64,000 bases of DNA, taken from a bacterium (lineage in GTDB: Bacteria > UBP14 > UBA6098 > JAFGQG01). Positions 1 to 8,375 of the stretch are shown piece after piece. The stretch covers positions 355 to 64,354 of the forward strand of contig JAFGQG010000175.1 of assembly GCA_016935765.1 (NCBI GenBank), given 5' to 3'. The translations under genes were made by a program, and so were the position numbers. The notes beneath the pieces were generated by a model. That model saw only the letters and a program-made list of their open reading frames with translations, did no database searches and was not told the origin of the DNA. Position 1 is the stretch's first letter; every line of letters starts with the position of its first letter.

Positions 1-17
1 GGATATAATAAATGTAG

Positions 18-68
18 AAAACCCACAAACCCGTAACCTTCAAAACCCTCAACCCTCAAAAACCTCCT
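18..68. repeat. Short tandem repeat array (7-9 nt units, AAACCC/AACCCTC core)
   Basis: aaacccacaaacccgtaaccttcaaaaccctcaaccctcaaaacctc. Confidence 0.6.
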
Positions 69-72
69 CACC

Positions 73-296
73 GTCATTGCGAGGATTTAAAGGCTCTTAT
101 TTTTCGCCTTTAAATCCGTAAGTGAAACGTTTCAGTCTGATTGAAAATTGTATTCTGAAACTTTCACTAGTAATCTCATGCGCAATTAATCCAACAAAAA
201 CTCCCAGGAACTTCCTGTTTCATCACTTAATTCACTTGCTGAGATCGCGCCAACCTGCGGTTACCGGACGACGAGAAATAATAGTCTCGAGATGAC
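73..296. repeat. Palindromic MITE/RPE-like element with nested hairpins
   Basis: Ends GTCATTGCGAG (73-83) and CTCGAGATGAC (286-296); internal inverted repeats ggatttaaaggc/gcctttaaatcc (83-117) and agtgaaacgtttcag/ctgaaactttcact (121-168). Confidence 0.6.
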
Positions 297-376
297 AGTG
301 ATTTTTTTGTTTGTTTTAAACCCCTAAAACAAAATCAGCTTGATTTTTCAAAAATAACAACCCATACGAGAAGGGT

Positions 377-799
377 CTATTTTATCACGCCCTTTCTTCT
401 CAATTCCTCGTTATACTTGTAGAATTTCTGGATCTCCTTGCTGTTCTTGAACTCTACCGAATGCTTGGTGCAGCCTCGCCGTGTGCAGAACTTGATGATC
501 CCCCCTCCGATAATGTGCGCGTACACCTGCGGCGCGCCACATGAACAATAATCTATTACCGGGAATCTTTTCCCACAATGAGGACAGGATAGGTCGATAA
601 TCGCGCCTTCTTCGATCTTAAAATCATCACCGCATTCGATCTCGTAATCGTCGTATATGGAACTGAGATAAATAACACCTTTCTTTGAACCGTATTCAGC
701 GTTTATCTTGATCGACGGCTGACCCTTTATGGTCTTCTTTTTATCGATCAACGATTTCTTGCAATCGTCATAAGGACATTGCGCAGGGACAATATACAT
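377..799 (-). CDS. Cys-rich putative Zn/Fe-binding protein
   Basis: CPYDDC, CPHC, CSCG and CTRRGC..H motifs; GGAGG RBS upstream. Confidence 0.7.
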   Translation of the reverse strand: MYIVPAQCPYDDCKKSLIDKKKTIKGQPSIKINAEYGSKKGVIYLSSIYDDYEIECGDDFKIEEGAIIDLSCPHCGKRFPVIDYCSCGAPQVYAHIIGGGIIKFCTRRGCTKHSVEFKNSKEIQKFYKYNEELRRKGVIK

Positions 800-1142
800 A
801 ATTCCTCCTAAATTCGTATTTCGTTTCCTGATAAAATTATAAGAAAGTATATAGACTTTGTAAACATTTTTTTTTGAAGTAGTAAAAATACTGGAATCCT
901 GTACGATTTAGTTGAATAAATCATTATTAAAATTTCCACAATCTCCACCGGATGAGTGGATGTATGGACTGGTGGACGACTGTTAATATTATGATCATTT
1001 TATATCTCATTTGTTATTATTTCCAAAAGTTTAATTGGTAAGCTTCTTTCCTTAATTCTAAATGAGCGCAAGTTTAAAGATGCTAATTTAGCATACGAAC
1101 TTAGAAAATTGCTAAATAAATTAACTGCGGCGCATAAAAAGC

Positions 1143-1171
1143 TTGTATTAAATTAAGTAAGTAATTATATT
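1143..1171 (+). promoter_or_regulatory. Sigma70-like promoter of the 1217-7631 operon
   Basis: TTGTAT-N17-TATATT. Confidence 0.45.
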
Positions 1172-1216
1172 AAACCTTTTATTTTTAATTATACTGATTG
1201 GAAGCACATACAAATT

Positions 1217-2881
1217 ATGAAAAGAACGTTTTGTTGGTTGGTTATAATAGTATTGATTTCGGGTTGGCTGAGCCTGTTATCGGCTGAACCGGTAGCGAAA
1301 CCGAGTGGTTTTTCCAGTTCTGTTGACACGGTTCAGATAGGGGAGATCCAACAGGATCCCGCAAGCTACTATTCTGTGGCATTTGAGGGGGTAGTTACTC
1401 TCGGTGCGGATATCATAGACACGGCTAGGTTCAAAGCGTATATACAGGATGGTTCAGGGTATGGCATCCTTTTGTTCAATTATGATTTCACTGCGGCGAT
1501 GGTGTCGGTCGCTCAAAGAGGGAATTTGCTGGGGGTGACAGGAACTGTAACCGAGTATTATGGCGTTACGGAGATAACGGGTGTGAACCTGACCCTGATC
1601 GACAGCAGCCAGGCTATTCCGGCGCCGGAGACCCTGAGCACTGTCGAGTTGAACGATCCACGCTGGGACGGAACTTTGATCTATACCGAAGCTATGGTCA
1701 CCGACGTTTACTCAACGGGAGCTGATTATAACGTGAACATCGATGACGGCTCCGGTGAAACACTCATAAGGGTTTGGTCCACAGCTAACATCCCTATGGA
1801 GACCTTCGAAACAGGGCACTGGTATTCCATAATCGGAGTAGGCTCGGTATATATCGATTATGATGACGATACGACCTACCAGGTGCTGGTTGGATACCTG
1901 GATGATATCGCTGAGCTGGATACTACTCCCGTTGATACGATCCCTGAGGATATTACGCTGATTTCGCAAATCCAGGCAGACCCGTCAGCTTTTCATGAAG
2001 TGACGGTTGAAGGAGTGGTCACTCTCGGCGCGAATATCATTGATACTTCATATTTCAAGGCTTACATACAGGACACTTCGGGGTACGGAATAATGCTGTT
2101 TGATTTTGATAATCTGCCTGATATGATTACCAAAGCCCGAAGGGGCAACCTGGTTCGCGTGAAAGGGACGGTGGAGGAATACAATGCTGTAACGGAAATC
2201 ACTGATTTGACCATCACCCTTCTCGATTCGAACGTTGCCCTGCCCAATCCAGATACGGTTAGCACGGAAGATCTTAACGACCCGCGGTGGGAAGGTACTT
2301 TTGTGTATACCCAGGGAGAAGTAGTGGACCTTTATTCGACAGGGAACGCTTTCAATGCGCACCTCGATGACGGCTCGGGGGATGTACCTTTAAGAGCCTG
2401 GGGAACTACCGGTATTCCGCAGAGTGTATTCGATTTGGAGCACTGGTATTCCGTTCTGGGTGTCGGTTCGATCTATATCGATGGCAGCGAAACGACCTAC
2501 CAGGTTCTCCTTGGATATGAGGAGGATATATCCGAGATAGATACGCTGTCCCCGGTTACTCCGACGTCCGAGGAAGTAAAATTGACCGTGGTCCCCAAGA
2601 CCTTCGCGCCGAGCCTCGGGGAGAGTTACCCGGTGACTGTTAATATCCCCCGGGAGGCGGAGGTAGTGATAAGGATATACGACATCCATGGCAGGCTTGT
2701 CAAGACACTTTTTGATGAAAGCACTTCCGGTTTGATCTCGATCGAATGGGACGGCAAGAACGACTACGCGCGTACTTTGACCTCCGGGGTTTACCTCTGT
2801 CATCTCGAGGTGAAGGAGATCGCCTCGGGAGATGTGGAGAATAAATTAGCGCCAATAACAGTAGGTTTGCCATTAAAATGA
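1217..2881 (+). CDS. Secreted protein with two tandem double-OB-fold repeats and a FlgD-Ig/T9SS-like C-terminal domain
   Basis: Signal peptide; two ~200-aa repeats (GVVT..YIQD.SG.GI..RGN..V.GTV.EY..VTEI; DDGSG) like the OB modules of YhcR/ExeM-type nucleases; tail IYDIHGRLVKTL..WDGKND..SGVY. Confidence 0.8.
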   Translation: MKRTFCWLVIIVLISGWLSLLSAEPVAKPSGFSSSVDTVQIGEIQQDPASYYSVAFEGVVTLGADIIDTARFKAYIQDGSGYGILLFNYDFTAAMVSVAQRGNLLGVTGTVTEYYGVTEITGVNLTLIDSSQAIPAPETLSTVELNDPRWDGTLIYTEAMVTDVYSTGADYNVNIDDGSGETLIRVWSTANIPMETFETGHWYSIIGVGSVYIDYDDDTTYQVLVGYLDDIAELDTTPVDTIPEDITLISQIQADPSAFHEVTVEGVVTLGANIIDTSYFKAYIQDTSGYGIMLFDFDNLPDMITKARRGNLVRVKGTVEEYNAVTEITDLTITLLDSNVALPNPDTVSTEDLNDPRWEGTFVYTQGEVVDLYSTGNAFNAHLDDGSGDVPLRAWGTTGIPQSVFDLEHWYSVLGVGSIYIDGSETTYQVLLGYEEDISEIDTLSPVTPTSEEVKLTVVPKTFAPSLGESYPVTVNIPREAEVVIRIYDIHGRLVKTLFDESTSGLISIEWDGKNDYARTLTSGVYLCHLEVKEIASGDVENKLAPITVGLPLK

Positions 2882-2885
2882 GAAT

Positions 2886-3791
2886 ATGATAATGAAGTTC
2901 ATGTTAAAAATAAAAATTTCAGTGCTTGTTTTTCTGCTTTTTAAATGTTCCGCGCTCGTTGCTGAACCGTTCGAATTTCCACCGCCGTTACCGCAGGTCG
3001 GCGCGCTGGGCGGAATAACAACATGCCTGGAAGGGAACCTCTCAGGGAGTGTCGGGAACCCCGCAAGCCTCGCCGATTGGAAAAGTTACGGTATCGCGCT
3101 TGCCTACTCGAAGCTTTATAATCAATCGTTCCTGGGATATACGACTATCGCCAGCGGGATAAAACTGCCCCGGTACGGAACCCTCGGAATGGCGTATAGA
3201 GATGTCGTGGTAAAGTACCAGGAGGTGGTTTTAACTAACGAGCAAACGTTCACCTTCTCGCACGGGTTCATAATCATGCAGGATATCCATTCATCCCTCG
3301 ACCTCGGTTATGCTCTGAATATCTACACGCTGCAATATGCGGAATCCGTTGAGGGAAGGAACCTGGGATCGAGTTACACGTTCGGATTCAACATCGGGGC
3401 TCAAGCAAGGATATATGACCGCACCTACGTCGGCTTGTTCATGGAAAACGTGAATTCCCCAAAGATCGGGGATGAATTCAAGGAAAGCCTGCCTCAGAGA
3501 CTGAAATTGGGTCTGGGTTACGAACCTTACGATAAGATATTGACCCTGTTCGAGGTTGAAAAAGAGCATAACCACGATATCCAGATGAGGTTCGGGATCG
3601 AGGTCAAGCCTTACGAAGAGTTGAGTTTAAGGGTTGGAGGTCAGAACAGACCGGAGAAATTCAGCGTTGGGTTCGGCGTCAACATCATGGGCACGGTATT
3701 TGACTATTCCCTGCAAACCCATCCGGTGCTGCCTTTAACACATCATTTCATGCTGGCATTCAGCCTGAGTGGCGGTAATTCAGAAGAATAA
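2886..3791 (+). CDS. PorV/PorP-like (FadL superfamily) outer-membrane beta-barrel
   Basis: Signal peptide; ALGG..GNPASL N-terminal motif; amphipathic strands; C-terminal FDYS...THHF. Confidence 0.7.
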   Translation: MIMKFMLKIKISVLVFLLFKCSALVAEPFEFPPPLPQVGALGGITTCLEGNLSGSVGNPASLADWKSYGIALAYSKLYNQSFLGYTTIASGIKLPRYGTLGMAYRDVVVKYQEVVLTNEQTFTFSHGFIIMQDIHSSLDLGYALNIYTLQYAESVEGRNLGSSYTFGFNIGAQARIYDRTYVGLFMENVNSPKIGDEFKESLPQRLKLGLGYEPYDKILTLFEVEKEHNHDIQMRFGIEVKPYEELSLRVGGQNRPEKFSVGFGVNIMGTVFDYSLQTHPVLPLTHHFMLAFSLSGGNSEE

Positions 3792-3792
3792 A

Positions 3793-6318
3793 ATGCTTTA
3801 CAATAGTAAAAATACATGTTATACTATTATTGTATTTACTCTGTCGATAATGCTGTTTATCCCGGCGGTAGCGGAGACCCAGCTTATCGATATTAATAAT
3901 GCCTCGTTGGATGAGCTTAAGAAGCTCCCCATCAAGAAAAAGGACGCCGAAACGCTTTACTGGCACATCTATTATGGGGGACCTCTGGAGAGCGTTTACG
4001 AACTGAGGGAGATAATGCCTTTCAGCGACCCTGAAAAATTCAATTTGATAAAGCCACTGGTGAAGATCTCTCATGAGCAGACAATTTCCGAGAATCTTGC
4101 GAGGTTAAAGAGAATCGAGTACAAAATTGAGAATTGGGTCTTCGAGGAAGGTGTGAACGAGAACATCTCCGATCTCTGGGTGGATATCGCCTCCTACCTC
4201 ATTAATATAAATGAAGCAAGCATGTTTGATTTGATGAACATTCCGGGTATTACTCCCCAGAGCGCTCTCAGGATAATTAAATATCGCAGGCAAAGGGGTG
4301 GGATAAACAGCCGGCAGGAATTCCGGTCCATTCCCGGGATAACAGGGTACAGCTATATAGGCGCAAGGGATTTGATAAGGTATGATGACCCGAAAGGTTC
4401 GAAGGATCTGAATTTTCACTACCAGTTCAGGATGTCGGATTCCCCATACGAAGAGGAGACCCAGGCTATATTTACTGAGAATTTTGCGGAGTCTGAAACC
4501 GTTTATGATTCCTGGTATCACAGGTTGGATTTGCTTGACGCGCATTCAAAATTATTTCATAAGTTTAACATCGGTTTCGATAGGTACAAGGCTGGCTTTC
4601 TTGCTTCCAGGCCTCTCGGCGGAGAAGTTAAAGGAAACCGGCTTTATAACCCGTTTGATTACCCGCTGAACAAGGGGTTCATCAGCGCTGAAAACCTTTG
4701 TTATGGTCCGTTCTGCATGGATAGACTCATTCTCGGTAACTACTATGTGTCGCTTGGTCAGGGGGTCATCATGGAGAACACCGACGCGTTCAAGCCCCGT
4801 AAATATGGATTCTACAATAGCAAGAGATTCTCCGGGATAATGGGTGACCTCTCCCAGACATCAGAATATCAACTGAACGGATTCGCGTTCCAAAGTAATC
4901 TCTACCGAAAGATATACCTGACCTCGTTCTACTCGATTGACAATAAGGACGCTGTCTTGAACCAGGATTCCACTTCGACAAACTGCGATAATTCCTTCGC
5001 GTCGTACATCGACCTGGGCGACATGTTCAGCAATGACGACCTCGAGAGCGCTGGATTACTCCCAATGAACGATGTGCTCGAGGAGAGGACATTCGGTACT
5101 GACCTGAGGTTTCACCCTATCGATGAAATAAGCTGCGGATTCAGCTTCCTGCAATTGAATTATGACCGCGAGTACGACCCGCAAATCTCAGCCTTCGTCG
5201 ATGATGAAACCTTCGAGCAAAGGCGAGCCCTGGTCGATAACGAATACCTGCTGCTGAGTTCACCGGGCGGAAAATCCCGCAGAATGATCGGTTTCCACTT
5301 CCAGGCGGTTCATGGTGATCTGTCGTTCCAGGGAGAATATGGCGAGCTCGCGGATATCGGAAAGGTCTTCAAGTTGGGGGATGAACCCAAGGGACTGGTC
5401 CTGAGTTTACTCCTGCACACTAATAAACTGGATTTCTTGACACTTTACAGAAATTATGATATAATTTTTGATAACCCGTATTCCAGGTCCTTCTCCAACT
5501 ACCAGAGGTACAAAAGCACGATATTCACCAAGCCATATTACATGGATAACCCAGTCTATGGGCTAATATACAATAATTCCGCGTCGCCCCAGGCAGAGGA
5601 GGGCGTGTATTTCGACCTGTGGTACCAACTGACCTCCGCTTTAAGGACAGGTCTAGAGTTCGATGTGTGGAACAGGAAGGCTGATGGCAGTAAGTACAAC
5701 AGGATAGTCCTGAAGCTTTCATATCAGCCGATTAGAGGTTTGAATTTCAACCTCAGGCAGAAATGGCAGAGCAGGAACGAAGATAATGTGATAACCATGA
5801 ACAAGTTCGAAAATCTGGAGACGAGGCTGACGTCAAGATTCAGGCTTTCGAAGTTCGATGAAATTGTATTTTTGTATTCGAAGAACGATACATATTTTCC
5901 AAGTTCGCCGAGGTTCAGTTTTGATGTCGAACCCAACGGTGAGAAGCCCCTGTCGGGGAGTGTAGTATCCCCCGGGGAAGCACTGGGATTCGAACTTACG
6001 CATAATTTCAACGACGATATATCGAGTACGATCGCGGGTATTTTCTACAAGGGTTTTCTGTGGAATTTCGAGGAGGGCGAATTTGTAGTCCTTGAAACCG
6101 AGAATAACGACGCCTTCAGATACTGGATTTCTATCAAGGATAACATTTCAAAGCACATGGTTGTCAGGGCGAAATACACCTGGGATTATGAGTTTGCCCT
6201 GAACAACCCGGACATAAGAACATATAACAACGAGCCGGAGGAACTGGATGGTGAATTGGACAGGGTCCAGAGAGCTTCCGAATCCTTCCGCTTGCAGATC
6301 GATTATTTTTGGTGGTAA
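3793..6318 (+). CDS. ComEA-type helix-hairpin-helix protein fused to an outer-membrane beta-barrel
   Basis: Two HhH regions (IDINNASLDELKKLP; ININEASMFDLMNIPGI..FRSIPGI); long amphipathic-strand C-terminus ending RLQIDYFWW; start chosen at ATG 3793. Confidence 0.8.
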   Translation: MLYNSKNTCYTIIVFTLSIMLFIPAVAETQLIDINNASLDELKKLPIKKKDAETLYWHIYYGGPLESVYELREIMPFSDPEKFNLIKPLVKISHEQTISENLARLKRIEYKIENWVFEEGVNENISDLWVDIASYLININEASMFDLMNIPGITPQSALRIIKYRRQRGGINSRQEFRSIPGITGYSYIGARDLIRYDDPKGSKDLNFHYQFRMSDSPYEEETQAIFTENFAESETVYDSWYHRLDLLDAHSKLFHKFNIGFDRYKAGFLASRPLGGEVKGNRLYNPFDYPLNKGFISAENLCYGPFCMDRLILGNYYVSLGQGVIMENTDAFKPRKYGFYNSKRFSGIMGDLSQTSEYQLNGFAFQSNLYRKIYLTSFYSIDNKDAVLNQDSTSTNCDNSFASYIDLGDMFSNDDLESAGLLPMNDVLEERTFGTDLRFHPIDEISCGFSFLQLNYDREYDPQISAFVDDETFEQRRALVDNEYLLLSSPGGKSRRMIGFHFQAVHGDLSFQGEYGELADIGKVFKLGDEPKGLVLSLLLHTNKLDFLTLYRNYDIIFDNPYSRSFSNYQRYKSTIFTKPYYMDNPVYGLIYNNSASPQAEEGVYFDLWYQLTSALRTGLEFDVWNRKADGSKYNRIVLKLSYQPIRGLNFNLRQKWQSRNEDNVITMNKFENLETRLTSRFRLSKFDEIVFLYSKNDTYFPSSPRFSFDVEPNGEKPLSGSVVSPGEALGFELTHNFNDDISSTIAGIFYKGFLWNFEEGEFVVLETENNDAFRYWISIKDNISKHMVVRAKYTWDYEFALNNPDIRTYNNEPEELDGELDRVQRASESFRLQIDYFWW

Positions 6319-6320
6319 AT

Positions 6321-7631
6321 ATGAAATCAAAGATCAGCCTGTTGGCTTTAATATTTTTACTCTGTTTAAGCTTCAATATTCTTTACGGGTACACATTCCT
6401 GGACAAGTCGTTTTTCGGGGACAGGATCCATACTATCGATGTCAGGAGTCTGGGAATGGGCACGACCGGTTTCGCTTCCGGGAAAGGTACCTTTTGCGTC
6501 AGCAAGAACCCGGCTTTGTTATCTGAGCTTCCCTTGCTGGATATTGCCTTTGCCGGGCAAGCGCTGGTGTACCAGGAAGCGCATTCCTTCCCCGCTCACG
6601 GCTTCGAAATGGAATTCGTAGCGGATAACATATACTCGGAGAATATGACCTATTACGACGATTATGCCCTCGGGCTTACTGTTAATCCGAAGTACGAATA
6701 TGCACCCGCGATCGCAATGGCTTATATCCCTTTGTACGATTTCAGGTACCAATTCGAGGAGGAGGTCAGGGGTGTCGAATCCCCTTACCAGGATGAGCTG
6801 ATAGGGTGGAACAATGTGAATTGCAGTGGAAACATTATGGGTTTTACAGTGGGGATGTCCAAGGATTTCCTGAATATCATCAACCTGGGTTTAGCCTACC
6901 AGTACCTCCTGGGTGACAGAACGACGCAGGTCGATGTCATATACCTGGTTTCCGAAATAGACAAACTTAACGAAACGAGGCTGACCAATCTATACGGTAA
7001 CCGACTGAAATTGGGATTACTGGCAAAGCCGCATGACAGGTTTTCGGTGGGTTTGGTCTATAACACCGCAACTAAAGCGAACGCGAAACTCGAGCATAAT
7101 TTTACTGGCAACTATAACTTTTTCCCAGAGTTCGAGAATAAACTATCGACAGATGTCGAGTTGAAGTATCCTGCTTCGTTCGGAGTGGGTATCGAGTACC
7201 GCCCTCAGACTAATCTCTTCTCCAGGCTGAATGTAGATTGCGAATATACGTTCTGGGAGAACGCGAAGGTGCAGAAGGATGATGGGGAGGACCTGCTGGA
7301 ACTGGAATTCGAAAATACTTTCGAACTCGCAGGCGGGGTTGAGCATATTCTATATAATGATATCCCGCTTAGATTTGGATTTCACATTGTCCCAGAGTAC
7401 ACGGATAATGATATTATGACCACGTATTTCGATCTTGGGACGGCGTTCAAGTTCTCGTACTTCCAGCTTGGAATATCGCTGGAGTACGGCTCAAAGGAAT
7501 ACGCTGAGATGGATTTCTTCCCCGATGGTGACTTGTACGGGGGATATGGGGGTACAAACCGCGAAAGTAAGGATAAGATAAAGATAAGGGAGCTAAGGAT
7601 ACTGTTTAATTTAAACGCGGTAAAAAAGTGA
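6321..7631 (+). CDS. FadL/OmpP1-like outer-membrane channel
   Basis: Signal peptide; RSLGMG..KNPALL hatch motif; LKYPASFGVGIEY; beta-strand pattern. Confidence 0.7.
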   Translation: MKSKISLLALIFLLCLSFNILYGYTFLDKSFFGDRIHTIDVRSLGMGTTGFASGKGTFCVSKNPALLSELPLLDIAFAGQALVYQEAHSFPAHGFEMEFVADNIYSENMTYYDDYALGLTVNPKYEYAPAIAMAYIPLYDFRYQFEEEVRGVESPYQDELIGWNNVNCSGNIMGFTVGMSKDFLNIINLGLAYQYLLGDRTTQVDVIYLVSEIDKLNETRLTNLYGNRLKLGLLAKPHDRFSVGLVYNTATKANAKLEHNFTGNYNFFPEFENKLSTDVELKYPASFGVGIEYRPQTNLFSRLNVDCEYTFWENAKVQKDDGEDLLELEFENTFELAGGVEHILYNDIPLRFGFHIVPEYTDNDIMTTYFDLGTAFKFSYFQLGISLEYGSKEYAEMDFFPDGDLYGGYGGTNRESKDKIKIRELRILFNLNAVKK

Positions 7632-7696
7632 GGGGGGACAGACTGAATTCAGAATAACGATCAACGATTGTTGATTTGAAGAAGAAAAAATTCTTT

Positions 7697-7821
7697 AAAA
7701 AAACGGGGCCGATCCAGTTAGATAAGCTTTCGATATAATTATTGTTGAGATCCCATTAATCATGTTCGCTATCGAACGGGACAGGCGAGACTTCCCGACT
7801 TATCGGGACGACCTCCGGCTT
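7697..7821 (-). pseudogene. Duplicated 3' half of tRNA-Asp interrupted by two palindromic inserts
   Basis: aaaaaaacggggccga + 73-nt insert + cgagact + tcccgacttatcggga + cgacctccggctt matches 7843-7886. Confidence 0.7.
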
Positions 7822-7849
7822 AAAGCACTTTAGAATGTTATTAAAAAAA

Positions 7850-7926
7850 CGGGGCCGACGAGACTCGAACTCGCGACCTCCGGCTTGACAGGCCGGCGTT
7901 CTAACCAAATACTGAACTACGACCCC
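7850..7926 (-). tRNA. tRNA-Asp(GTC), CCA not encoded
   Basis: GGGGTCGTAGTTCAGTATTTGGTTAGAACGCCGGCCTGTCAAGCCGGAGGTCGCGAGTTCGAGTCTCGTCGGCCCCG forms a cloverleaf. Confidence 0.95.
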
Positions 7927-7951
7927 GTTAACATTTCAAAAATCAGCAAGA

Positions 7952-7979
7952 AATATATATTTACCCAGGAATATGTCAA
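7952..7979 (-). promoter_or_regulatory. Sigma70 promoter for tRNA-Asp
   Basis: TTGACA-N16-TATATT on the minus strand. Confidence 0.6.
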
Positions 7980-8063
7980 TACAAAAAAATAAAAATCAAA
8001 TAATTGCTGGTTTCTGAATTATCCAGAATCATGGAGTTTCGATAAAGATAGGTTATACTTAAT

Positions 8064-8351
8064 TCAGACAGAGGAAGGATTCTTTTCTTCCTTTTTCTTT
8101 GATCCATTGAGCATAATTGCCAGGGGCATGAAAACACAGTACCCCAAGACCAGTAGTATAGGCGCAAGAGTGATGGAGCCCTGAACCAGGACTAAAAAAC
8201 CTGCGACTATCGAGATTATTGCAAGTCCAAAAAATAAATAATTCTTACTGCTGAACGGCAGCTTGGATCTTGACGCTTTTTGTTTAACTGGTAGTGTTTC
8301 TGTTTTTCTTAATTTTCTCGCCATATCAAATATTCCTTTTTTCTCGTTCAA
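8064..8351 (-). CDS. DUF3098-like small membrane protein
   Basis: LPFSSKNY..FG....I..GF....ITLAPILLVLGY pattern; two TM segments; start may be 8324. Confidence 0.7.
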   Translation of the reverse strand: MNEKKGIFDMARKLRKTETLPVKQKASRSKLPFSSKNYLFFGLAIISIVAGFLVLVQGSITLAPILLVLGYCVFMPLAIMLNGSKKKEEKNPSSV

Positions 8352-8375
8352 TTTTTTCTAACAATATAAAATCCC

